35,510 nucleotides of DNA from Octopus bimaculoides (GCF_001194135.2 NC_068986.1:104209345-104244854), one strand, 5' to 3'. Counted from the stretch's first letter, positions 1-11,836 are shown. Notes: generated by a model not told the origin, from the sequence alone. Translations and numbers: made by a program.

Positions 1-45
<45 letters not shown>

Positions 46-218
46 GTGTATATGTATACATGCATACATATATGTATATATATGTGTGCATGTGTGTGTG
101 TGCGTGTGTATGTTCATTAATGATTAAGCCAATGGCAGTGTTGCAGACAATAATGACAAATGATATTGCTTTAAATATACTAATAGTAACAACAACCACG
201 ACAGCAGCAACAACAACA

Positions 219-222
<4 letters not shown>

Positions 223-301
<79 letters not shown>

Positions 302-320
302 TTATAATAATAATAATAAT
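223..320 (+). repeat. (TAA)n microsatellite
   Basis: About 30 units, one interruption near 301. Confidence 0.95.
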
Positions 321-956
321 CACAATTCTGTTGCAGATTGCATTCTGTTGTTTATTATAAATAATTCATACATATACAAAAAACATACAAAAAATGAAAT
401 GAAATGAAACAAAATCCAAAGATGTCAAATGTGATGAAATAATTTTGGTTTAAAATATGTTTTCTGTGTTTTAACATTTGAAATTCCATAATTAAATAAA
501 TTTATGTTATGAGTCAAATGACTTGCCAAGTAATTGTTTTGTTTATAAACCTATAGTAAACAAGGTAAATTTGATTAAATAATTTATTAGGTAGCAGAAT
601 GGAAATTTAAATAAAATTAATTGAATTGATAAAAATTGATTTTAAAACAATAAACATTTTTCACAAAAATTATTAGACTATATTTTGGTTAATTTTCTTA
701 TATTTGAAGTTTCAGGTATTTCATTTAGAAAATAATATGCATTGCATATGTGATGGTGTTTGTATGTATGTGTGTATGTAAGTGTGTATATGTGTGTGTG
801 TTTGTGCACTCGTGCAATGCATGTATGGAACCAGAGTATGTTTTTGCTTACAAAATGTGTCTGTAAGTGTCTGCTATATTTATTACATATTGAAAAAGTT
901 GACCATTTGCTTTACAGGTTAAAATATATACATATCGATGTGTACGTGTGTTGGCA

Positions 957-957
<1 letters not shown>

Positions 958-1034
<77 letters not shown>

Positions 1035-1244
1035 CAGACAGAGGGTAAAAATTAATAATTAATTGATAATTAGTAATTTTACCAAGTAGTTCGGTGTGTT
1101 AAAAACCATTATCGGTAAATGTATAAACACAATTTAGAGAAATAGTAGTTTTAGCTGCTATTTCTAATTTCTGGTGTGTGGTGAAGCAATACTTGCTGAA
1201 GCCTATGGATTTGTATATATATATTTTTATATATATTTATATAC

Positions 1245-1275
<31 letters not shown>

Positions 1276-1352
1276 TAGATATATATTGACATATATACAT
1301 ATATAGACTTGTATATATGTGTATACATATAATATATATACATATCTATTTG

Positions 1353-1415
<63 letters not shown>

Positions 1416-1445
1416 ATATATATATATATACAAACACATACACAC
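958..1445. repeat. (TA)n and degenerate TA/CA microsatellites
   Basis: Pure (TA)n at 958-1030 and about 1349-1404, with degenerate TA-rich sequence around them. Confidence 0.9.
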
Positions 1446-1627
1446 ATGCACACTCATACAAACATACACAATAATCCATATGTGCATGTACGTACACTTC
1501 TACATACCCAAACATATGTATGGCTGTATGTATGTCTGAATATACGTATGAATGTACGAATAAAGAGAAAATATTTGCAGGTGTAAATTCAAATATTTTG
1601 AGTGATTTCCACCTGTTCTACACCTTA

Positions 1628-1629
<2 letters not shown>

Positions 1630-1721
<92 letters not shown>
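1630..1721 (+). repeat. (CA)n microsatellite
   Basis: About 45 perfect units. Confidence 0.97.
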
Positions 1722-1724
<3 letters not shown>

Positions 1725-2184
1725 TATATATGTATATAAACACCTGGAAGCAAATATGTAACCATACATATTTACAAATGCTGGAAAACAGAAAAATATA
1801 AATAAACAAAAGCAAGTATAATGAATTATACACCAATCTACACTAAATTCGTTTATTAAATAAACATGTTTGTTCTGAACATGTAAATATTATAGTTCCA
1901 AATGCAACATGGTATCTTGAGTATTTTATTAAAAAAAAATAGCGTGAAATGAAAGAATATGTTTGTGGATGAGTTTAACGCGTGATTAATTGTAAATAAA
2001 TATTGTCAAGAATTTATTGGTAATTTATTTCTTTTTTGTATTTATCAACTAAAAAAATTTTGAATATTGGTGTTTTTTAGGTTTCTTTTTGTGGAGGGTG
2101 GGGATTTCGTGTGATGTGTGTGCATTAGCTTTTATATATGTGGATGAGTGTTTGTGTGTATGTATATACATAGATGTATACGCG

Positions 2185-2215
<31 letters not shown>

Positions 2216-2488
2216 GTGTGTGTGAATATATATATAATTATTTACATACATAAGATTGTATATAAATATGCATATAATAATAATATTAGGGAATAAATTA
2301 GTATTCCAACCTTACAGGTAAAATTCAGTAGAATGATATTAGACCGAATTTCGTAATATATAATATATGTATATAACTAATTTAGAGACGAAACACCATT
2401 CCACAACTCAGTCAATGAAGAACCTGTCCAAAACCATATTCTGAGACATATACCATACAAAATACTAACCTAAATATAGATAGATTTT

Positions 2489-2525
<37 letters not shown>

Positions 2526-3294
2526 NNNNNNNNNNNNNNNNNNNNNNNNNNNNNNNNNNNNNNNNNNNNNNNNNNNNNNNNNNNNNNNNNNNNNNNNNNN
2601 NNNNNNNNNNNNNNNNNNNNNNNNNNNNNNNNNNNNNNNNNNNNNNNNNNNNNNNNNNNNNNNNNNNNNNNNNNNNNNNNNNNNNNNNNNNNNNNNNNNN
2701 NNNNNNNNNNNNNNNNNNNNNNNNNNNNNNNNNNNNNNNNNNNNNNNNNNNNNNNNNNNNNNNNNNNNNNNNNNNNNNNNNNNNNNNNNNNNNNNNNNNN
2801 NNNNNNNNNNNNNNNNNNNNNNNNNNNNNNNNNNTATATATATATATATATATATGTATATGTATGTGTGTGTGTGTGTGTATATATATGTACAGAAAGA
2901 GAGAGAGAGAAATATATGAAAGCAGTCACCTACGAAATTTTAATTATGTATCACAGCCCCAAATTTTTCCTATGCGGCATCTTTGTGGTTGGATGCTCTT
3001 ACTGCTCTCAACTACCCCTATCTCCACCCCTATCTATTTTGCAAGTAAGTGTACTTCGTTATTGTAAAAGAAATACACATACACTCATGCACACATGTAC
3101 ATGTATGTACACATGCATGCACGCACACACACATCTATACATGTGAGTGTGAGTGTGTATAGATGTATGTATATAGCAATCATGAACTCAGAATTTAAGT
3201 GCTAAAATATATTTACTAATTACTGATTACATTTCTGAAAATTATAATATCAATAATAATCACCATATTGATCAGACTTTTGGTCCAGATAATA

Positions 3295-3470
3295 CTGTTC
3301 CGTATTTAAGAGATGAGGAATTATGTACATTATTTACTTTATTTACATTTGACGGACATTTGTCCTCATCTTGTTTGTTGTTAACACAACATTTCAACTG
3401 ATATACCCTCCAGCCTTCTTCAAGTGTCTTGGGGAAATTTCGAACCTGGGTTCTCATTCCTAAGGTATGT
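3295..3470 (-). mobile_element. Penelope-like terminal repeat remnant with decayed hammerhead motif
   Basis: Minus strand of 3384-3427 reads ACAC-TTGAAGA-A-GGCTG-GAGGGTATAT-CAGTT-GAAAT-GTT-GTGT, the layout of a minimal type I hammerhead (CUGAUGA..GAAAC-GUH) with ACAC/GUGU as stem I. Such motifs are established features of Penelope-like element repeats. Confidence 0.55.
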
Positions 3471-3476
3471 TTCGAT

Positions 3477-3486
3477 ATTATTATTG

Positions 3487-3542
<56 letters not shown>

Positions 3543-3592
3543 ATTATTATTATTATTATTATTGTTATTATTATTATTATTATTATTATCAT
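3477..3592 (+). repeat. (TTA)n microsatellite
   Basis: The only long TTA-oriented tract in the window. Confidence 0.95.
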
Positions 3593-4261
3593 TACTCAGT
3601 GACCTGAGTAAAATACTCAGGATTCCATGTTGCAGTTGGTGGAACGAAACGTTATTTATTATATCAACAAACAAGATAAGGACAAATATCCATCAAATGT
3701 AAATAATGTAAACTTTGGCCTAATATCCATTGGATGAAAGTTGTAAAGAGAAAGAAAGAGAGCTCTTACGTCAGGTGGAAAAACTTTATTCTTATACAAG
3801 GCTACAATATTTAAAGCAGGTTCATTTTGCTTTTTGTCATCATATGTACAACACACATACACACACACACATTTATTCGTATATATGTACGTGTATATGC
3901 ACATATGTGTGACTATAAACTCTAGAGTACTTGATATATATATATATATATATTGTCACAATGAGGATATTTGAACCTTTTAGAAGGATATTTTTATCCA
4001 AGATACACTGGTTTAATATATCATTTCTTCAATGAATATATTAAAAAAAATATTGTAAAATATCAAACATTATTATCAAGTTAGAAAAGAGAGAGATCTA
4101 CTGAATACAAATTAATTTATTAATTAATCATCATTATTCACCTGCAATTGTTTCATTTCACAAAAATGCTGTAATTTTAATTTTGTTTGTGAAAATGGTG
4201 AATATGTTAATTTATTAATAAATTAATTTGTATCCATTAGATCTCTCTGTTTTCTAACTTG

Positions 4262-4346
<85 letters not shown>

Positions 4347-4731
4347 CACATATATGTATACACACATATGCATATACACACATTTATATATAGCCATGTA
4401 CGATAAATATATGCTAGTATGTGGGTGTGTATATGTAAGCATAACAATCAATTGTGTTTCAATGTATTTATAAATGTATTTATTATATGTATTTCATAGT
4501 ATAAGAATAAATATTTAATCATAGCAAAGACATAGCAAAAAAAAACCTTTCTGATATTAACAAAAGTATTGACATAATATCTATACAAAACATGGAAAAA
4601 TATAATTAATATAAACCGCCATTTAGTATCATATTTTTATACTAAGTTAAGGAGTAAATAAATGATTAAAAATTAATTTCTGAGAAATAAGTAATAATTC
4701 ATTGAACGGTTTGAAGTTACAGGTATTAACC

Positions 4732-4899
4732 ACAGGCTTGGCTGTGGGGTTAAGAAGCTTGCTTTGCAATCACATAGTTTTAGGTTCAGTCCCATTGTAC
4801 AGCTCCTTGGTTATGTGACTACAACTATTTCAACCATAGCACCGGGTTAGCCAATGCCTTGCATATGAATTTGGTAAACAGAAATTGTGTGGATGGCCC
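4732..4899 (+). mobile_element. SINE family A, diverged 5' half (tRNA-like head)
   Basis: A-box-like TGGCTGTGGGGTTA and B-box-like GGTTCAGTCCC (4783-4793). Aligns to the reverse complement of the family A copies at 10411 and 17837. Confidence 0.7.
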
Positions 4900-4924
4900 A
4901 CATATTATATATGCATATAATGAT

Positions 4925-5089
4925 TGACTGCTAACTCCAAAAGTTTTTTATTCTCTCTCTGTTTATTTCCTTGTGTTCCTTTCTGATGAGGAGCATAGGC
5001 TCAAAACATAAAAGACTTTCTCACCTTCCCGAGCGTCAAACTAATATATGTGCTTGTTGTTTATAGACTTGACTTCGTCTTTTGTTTTA

Positions 5090-5091
<2 letters not shown>
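4925..5091 (+). mobile_element. Penelope-like terminal repeat with hammerhead-like motif (copy 1)
   Basis: CTTT-CTGATGA-G-GAGC-ATAG-GCTC-AAAAC-ATA-AAAG at 4979-5014. Homologous to 7700-7815 on the minus strand. Confidence 0.6.
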
Positions 5092-5130
<39 letters not shown>

Positions 5131-5160
5131 CGCACACACATACATACATATATTTCACAA

Positions 5161-5321
5161 AATGGCACCTAGTACACTTTATAAAGTGGTTGGCATTAGG
5201 AAGGATGTCCGGCTGTAGAAACCACCTCGAAAGCAGACACTGCCACTCACTATAGTTCCTCTGACTTGTTGGTTCCTGTTAAATGATCCAACACATACCA
5301 GCATAGCAAACAGAACATTAA
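5161..5321 (+). mobile_element. Repeat family D (LINE-like 3' tail ending in (GAT)n)
   Basis: GTGGTTGGCATTAGGAAGGATGTCC...CATACCAGCATAGCAAACAGAACATTAAA then (GAT)n. Homologous to 16216-16410. Confidence 0.7.
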
Positions 5322-5336
5322 ATGATGATGATGATA

Positions 5337-5371
<35 letters not shown>

Positions 5372-5372
5372 A

Positions 5373-5416
<44 letters not shown>

Positions 5417-5499
5417 ATTCATGATGATGATGATGTTGATGATGATGATGATGACGATGATGATAATTATGATGATGATGATAATGATGATGATGATGA
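5322..5499 (+). repeat. (GAT)n microsatellite (tail of family D copy)
   Basis: About 59 imperfect units. Confidence 0.95.
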
Positions 5500-5565
5500 T
5501 ATATGTATGAGGTGCATGTGTTTGCATGTGTGTGTGTGTGTGTGCACATGTAAGTATGTGGGACA

Positions 5566-5797
5566 TGTGTATGTGTCTGTCCCTTTCCCCCCACCACCAC
5601 TACTTGGTAATTGGTGCTGGTTTGTTTACATCCCCATAAATTAGCAGTTCAGGAAAAGAGACGAATAAAATAAATACCAGAAAAACAAACACAAAAAAAG
5701 AGATAAGTAGAAGAACTTGATTCAATCAAATAAAACTTTTAAATCAGTGCTACAGCATGGCCACAGACCAATGACCTCAGCAACAAGTAGAAGAATA
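5566..5797 (+). mobile_element. SINE family A, diverged 3' half
   Basis: GCTGGTTTGTTTACATCCCCATAAATTAGCAGTTC...GTGCTACAGCATGGCCACAG...CAACAAGTAGAAGA matches the family A 3' end. Confidence 0.65.
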
Positions 5798-6948
5798 ACA
5801 GAAGAGCAATAAAGGAATTCACTTTCTTGGATAATTATATATGTGTTCCTTATCAAAAATGGATAAGCAGTAAAACAGTAATAGCCTTTTCCATTAGGGG
5901 TCAGAAAATTTCATATATCATTGACTCGCTTCATGGACTCATTGATAACATATTGGCCCCCATCAAATGAATTTCTAAAGTAAAATTGAAATAAAAAGTA
6001 TAATTAACAGAGAAAATGCGACGGGCCATGATCGTGGCCATCAGGCACAGGTCGACAGGCCACAATCGTGGTCCAGTTACATGCATTTAATCTATGGGTG
6101 TTTGTTAGAGTCTAATGTCACTCAAATGCTCCGATACCCCCCAGAATGCAAGAGGACTAATAGTTCAACTAATGACTTTTCAGATGATGTAAAACTTGCC
6201 ACCATTATATATCAAGAAACTATTTTAACTATTTTTTGTTTTTTATGTGTGCATGGTAGTCTCATTTTCATAAAATGTGCTCAGTAGTCCATGCTATATA
6301 AGTGCAAATTCCAGTGCTCTATGGGTTAATAAAACTTTTCTTGGTTTAACAACAATAATTCTCTCGTTCTTTTGTGTTTGTGCCACTTTTTAATAAGAAA
6401 GAAATGTAAAGAAAATACTTAAGGAAGTTGATTAAAAAGCAATAAAAATTCACTATCAGCAAATCTAATTGCCTTTTGGATATATACTTTTTATATACAT
6501 CAATAATGACTTTTCCACTGGTAATGGTTTCCCTGTATATTGAAAAAATGTCATTCTTTCTTTCATAAATAAATTGCATGTTATATTCAAGGCTCCAACG
6601 GTAGTATAGGATGTTATTTAGGCACTCAATGAAGAGTCCACTGCCCATTAGAGCAGAAACAGTCGTAAGCTAATGAAGTTCATGACAAAACCATTGTTTC
6701 TCCTGTGTCACCTCTTTTAATTATATATGTACATACATCCATACATCCATACATATACATATATATATATATATACAAAAACAATTTGAAAAACCTACAC
6801 GACTAGGTGAAACGCGCTTCATTTAATATGTGACATTAATAAAAATCTGTTAATGTACAAACATCCAGGTTTCTGAGTACCTTAATTTTTTTCTATATAA
6901 TTTCTGTACATCACCTCCAAACCTTCAAATATATATATACATATATAC

Positions 6949-7111
6949 AACGGGCTTCTTTCAGTTTCCGTCAGCCAAATCCACTCGCAAGGCTCTGGTA
7001 GGCCCGAGGCTATAGTAGAAGACACTTGCCACAGGTGCCATGCAGTGGGAATGAACCTGGAACCATGTGGTTGGTAAGCAAGCTACTTACCACACAGCCA
7101 CTCCTGTGCCT
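6949..7111 (-). mobile_element. SINE family A, 5' half
   Basis: Minus strand reads AGGCACAGGAGTGGCTGTGTGGTAAGTAG...CCAGGTTCATTCCCACTGCATGGCACC (A and B boxes), highly similar to the other A copies. Confidence 0.85.
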
Positions 7112-7699
7112 GATATATATATATATATANNNNNNNNNNNNNNNNNNNNNNNNNNNNNNNNNNNNNNNNNNNNNNNNNNNNNNNNNNNNNNNNNNNNNNN
7201 NNNNNNNNNNNNNNNNNNNNNNNNNNNNNNNNNNNNNNNNNNNNNNNNNNNNNNNNNNNNNNNNNNNNNNNNNNNNNNNNNNNNNNNNNTACATATATAT
7301 ATACATATATATATATATAACCTTTGGAACTCTGGCCAAAATTAAAAATTTTGTTGTAATGTATATATATATATATATATATACATATGCACACTTTTTT
7401 TTTTTATAGCTGCAAAATCTTCGGAAGCTGTTCCTTGGAGTTTCACATTCCAGATGAGCAGAAACATGAAACTCTGAGTAACAGATTTGTGAAGACTTTG
7501 CAGCTTTAATAAAAAGCATATTACTCTATCTTAGGTATTCGAGTACTATTTTTTACCACCTTATTTTACATTTTGTGCTTACTTGTATGTGTGTACACAT
7601 CATCATCATCATTTAATGTATGTATGTATGTATATATTTGAATGCGTGTATATGTGTATGTATATATATATGGTTCAAATGTATAGGAAACAAAAAACC

Positions 7700-7815
7700 A
7701 ACACAGATGATGGAACAATAAGCAGGTGTGTTAGTTTGAAGCTTGGGAAGAAGGGAAAAGTCTTTGACATTTCGAGCCTGCACTCTTTATCAGAATGGGA
7801 TGAGAGGAAAACAAT
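7700..7815 (-). mobile_element. Penelope-like terminal repeat with hammerhead-like motif (copy 2)
   Basis: Minus strand CATT-CTGATAA-A-GAGT-GCAG-GCTC-GAAAT-GTC-AAAG at 7762-7797. Downstream flank aligns with 5011-5070. Confidence 0.55.
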
Positions 7816-8149
7816 TGAAGAAGCAAAATGTGTCATGTATGTATGTATGCTATTATTAAGTTTTATTTCAAGATTTCTTATAAATAGAGAAAGAGCTGGT
7901 TTCTAACCTAGATTCAAGGTTTCTTCATTGGAATTTCAACATCAAAAACAGAGTATTTTTTTTGTTTGTATGTATGTATATGTGCAGATTTGTATGTTTT
8001 GCTTTATGTAAGTATTTCCATGCATATAGTTACATATCTAGATATACTCATATATATATATTTAAATGATAAACTTCGGGAAAGTTTTACAGATTTTTAC
8101 GTATGTATGTATATGTATCATCATCATCATCATCATCGTTTAATGTCTG

Positions 8150-8340
8150 CTTTGACTGAGGTCATGCTGAAGCACAGCGTTTATTCGAACAAATCGACCA
8201 CAGGACTTATTCTTTGTAAGACTAGTACTTATTTTGTCGGTCTCTTTTGCTGAACCGCTAAGTTATGGGGGATGTAGACACGAAACATCAGTTGTCGAGT
8301 GATGGTGGTGGGGTCAAACACAGACACACAAACATATACA
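8150..8340 (-). mobile_element. SINE family A, 3' half (5' half probably inside gap 8371-9040)
   Basis: AAATCGACCACAGGACTTATTCTTTGTAAG..GAACCGCTAAGTTA..CAAACACAGACACACAAAC is shared with the other copies. Confidence 0.8.
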
Positions 8341-9781
8341 CATAGGCATACATACATATATATATATATANNNNNNNNNNNNNNNNNNNNNNNNNNNNNN
8401 NNNNNNNNNNNNNNNNNNNNNNNNNNNNNNNNNNNNNNNNNNNNNNNNNNNNNNNNNNNNNNNNNNNNNNNNNNNNNNNNNNNNNNNNNNNNNNNNNNNN
8501 NNNNNNNNNNNNNNNNNNNNNNNNNNNNNNNNNNNNNNNNNNNNNNNNNNNNNNNNNNNNNNNNNNNNNNNNNNNNNNNNNNNNNNNNNNNNNNNNNNNN
8601 NNNNNNNNNNNNNNNNNNNNNNNNNNNNNNNNNNNNNNNNNNNNNNNNNNNNNNNNNNNNNNNNNNNNNNNNNNNNNNNNNNNNNNNNNNNNNNNNNNNN
8701 NNNNNNNNNNNNNNNNNNNNNNNNNNNNNNNNNNNNNNNNNNNNNNNNNNNNNNNNNNNNNNNNNNNNNNNNNNNNNNNNNNNNNNNNNNNNNNNNNNNN
8801 NNNNNNNNNNNNNNNNNNNNNNNNNNNNNNNNNNNNNNNNNNNNNNNNNNNNNNNNNNNNNNNNNNNNNNNNNNNNNNNNNNNNNNNNNNNNNNNNNNNN
8901 NNNNNNNNNNNNNNNNNNNNNNNNNNNNNNNNNNNNNNNNNNNNNNNNNNNNNNNNNNNNNNNNNNNNNNNNNNNNNNNNNNNNNNNNNNNNNNNNNNNN
9001 NNNNNNNNNNNNNNNNNNNNNNNNNNNNNNNNNNNNNNNNATATATATATATATATATATAAGTAAATATTTGTTTGTTGGTATAAGCAAGCAGAAAACA
9101 CTTTTTTTAATACACTGGAGAAATTGTTTTATTCAAAATAAATTAATTAGTTATGTCATTAGTTATTTTTTTTTATTTTAAAAATATTATGAATAATTGT
9201 TCCTATAAACGAGATAAAAAAATATAATGTAATATTCTGGGGGTAAAACCCGAATAACAAGCTAAATTTATATGAAATTCTACAAAGAAAAATTGTTATA
9301 TAAACGATCAGTTGAAAAGAGAATTTGGAGATAAGCTAAGATCAGTTAGAAGAGAACTATAACAGCAGTATATTATGAAGGTAAATACGCATATATAATG
9401 TAGACGCACTCACATAAACACACATACAGACATAGCAAACATATGCGTATATGCCCAAACACTTATACACATACATACACAGACACAAACTTGGATGGGG
9501 GTGATTTATAGTGTATATATAGTACGTTGGTAAAATTTGTAAATAAACATGTCCTTAGCGAAATGTATGCACACATATACATACATATTACATATACACA
9601 ACATGCATATACATACACATACATACACACACACTCATATGCAGATACATATACGCACACGCATATATACATGTATGTATATATGTGTATATACATACAT
9701 ATACACATATATGTATACATATGTACATACACACACACACTCATATAAATACATATATGTAGATAATACATACACACATAT

Positions 9782-9826
<45 letters not shown>

Positions 9827-10011
9827 CACATATATGTATACATATATACATACACACACATACATATATATGCATATACACCTATATAGGTACTCACAAA
9901 AACATACTAATATAAACATATAAGTAGTTTGGTTAATAAACACAGCTGTATGGAATCATAAATATGTACACACCTATGTGTATCTGCCCACATGTACATA
10001 TATACACACAC

Positions 10012-10045
<34 letters not shown>

Positions 10046-10410
10046 ACATAAATAAAACACGTATACTTATACATGCACACATTCATACCATACTTACACA
10101 ATTTTCCTTGACTTACAATGTAACCAATCAACATCAAATATTGCTGCCAGTTCCATGTATACACACATTAGGAAGTCTGATTCACTGGTGTAACAAAAGG
10201 ATGTGGGTTCAATTCCCACGTGGATAAGAAAGCCTTGTTTTTTTCTGTCAAGGGCTTATATGCCCCTTTATTAGACTATTTTCCTTAGTCATTTGCACTG
10301 TGATCGCTATAAGCTTTAAGCTGATATAAAAATACCACTATTATTATTTATAGGACTGTAAACTCGGCGCCGTAAAAAAAAAACATTCTCACCAAAAACA
10401 CTCTCTTTTT

Positions 10411-10810
10411 TTTACTCTTTTACTTGTTTCAGTCATTTGACTGTAGCCATTCTGGAGCACTGCCTTTAGTCAAGCAAATCGACCCCAGGACTTATTCTTT
10501 GTAAGCCTAGTACTTATTCTATTGGTCTGTTTTGCCGAACCGCTAAGTTACAGGGACGTAAACACATCACCATCTGTCATCAAGCGATGTTGGGGAGACA
10601 AACACAGACACACAAACATACACACAAATACATATATATATATACATATATACGATGGGCTTCTTTCAGTTTCCTTCTAATAAATCCACTCACAAGGCTT
10701 TGGTCAGCCTGAGGCTATAGTAGAAGACACTTGCCCAAGGTGCCACACAGTGGAACTGAACCCAGAACCATGCGATTCGTAAGCAAGCTACTTACCACAC
10801 AGTCACTCCT
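10411..10810 (-). mobile_element. SINE family A, near full-length (~400 bp)
   Basis: tRNA-like head with A and B boxes at the right end, CCTTGGGCAAGT motif after the head, central CA/TA microsatellite, and 3' end CAGTCAAATGACTGAAACAAGTAAAAGAGTAAA. Confidence 0.88.
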
Positions 10811-11386
10811 ATTAATATATTTTCTTGTTATCAACATTTCCTTACATTCTTTGCACAGCAGCCATTTGGTAGGGATCTTCCAGCCTGATCTTACCCCAGG
10901 GGTGGCCATATGGAAATCCCTCTGTTTGGAGAAGGAAAACACACAGGTATGTTACTCTCTCCTGCTCTGTTCTTTGACATTCTCCATGTGCAATGTAACA
11001 CAATAACCATGTAGCATACCCTCATTATTTTATCTTTCCTATATCCATCACTTCTTTCTGACTAGCAACACTAGCAAAACTCTTGCTATTGCTTCTAATA
11101 GTATCAAAATGTCATCAACCTTTGTTAAAGTTTAAATGTTTGTTTTATTTCTTTCTTCAAATATAGTTTCTCATTTTGGCTTTTCTTAGTCATTTTCTCT
11201 TATTCCCCACCCCTTTATCTTGTTTGTTTACTTTTTTATTTTTTTATATTTTTCCTTTTTCTCTCTGTCTTCCCCTTTTTCTTTATCACATGACTTTGTA
11301 AATGAACAATCTAGTGTGTTTATTTTAATGGTCTGCCAATGCATACAGTATGTTTCTCTGCCCTACATGTCGAGAAGACACTTGGC

Positions 11387-11463
11387 AAGAAGAAGAAGAA
11401 GAAGAAGAAGAAGAAGAAGAAGAAGAAAAAGAAGAAGAGGAAGAAGAAAAAGAAGAAGAAGAA
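11387..11463 (+). repeat. (GAA)n microsatellite
   Basis: About 25 units with few interruptions. Confidence 0.95.
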
Positions 11464-11465
11464 AT

Positions 11466-11667
11466 ATCCTTTCTACTAAAGACACAAGGCCTGACATTTT
11501 GGGGCAAGGGACTAGTTGATTACATCAACCCCAGTGTTTCACTGGTACTTAATTTCTCGACCCCCAAAAGAATGAAAAACAAAGTCAACCTCAGTGGGAT
11601 TTGAACTCAGAATATAGCATTGGGCAAAATACACCAAGCATCTGGTGCATTGTACCAGCTCACCGCA
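11466..11667 (-). mobile_element. SINE family F (~200 bp, tRNA-like head, TTA-type tail)
   Basis: Minus strand B-box GAGTTCAAATCCC followed by GAGGTTGACTTTG..TTCATTCTTTTGGGGGTCGAGAAATTAAGTACC. Homologous to 20173 and 20543. Confidence 0.75.
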
Positions 11668-11668
11668 T

Positions 11669-11758
11669 AATAATCCTCTCTATTATAGGCACAAGGCCTG
11701 AAATTGTGGGAGATGGAATTAGTAGATTACATCAACCCCAGTATTTCACTGGTACTTT
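11669..11758 (-). mobile_element. SINE family F, 3' fragment in tandem with the previous copy
   Basis: TATAGGCACAAGGCCTGAAATT..GATTACATCAACCCCAGT..ACTGGTACTT repeats 11480-11550. Confidence 0.7.
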
Positions 11759-11789
11759 AATAATAATGATAATAATAATAATAATAATA

Positions 11790-11820
<31 letters not shown>

Positions 11821-11836
11821 TGATAATAATATCGTA
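11759..11836 (+). repeat. (TAA)n microsatellite
   Basis: Imperfect TAA run. Confidence 0.9.

Noticed and set aside
7440-7560. CCAGATGAGCAGAAACATGAAAC as a hammerhead remnant
   Set aside because: The core is mutated, there is no stem II pairing, and there is no second copy in the window to support it.
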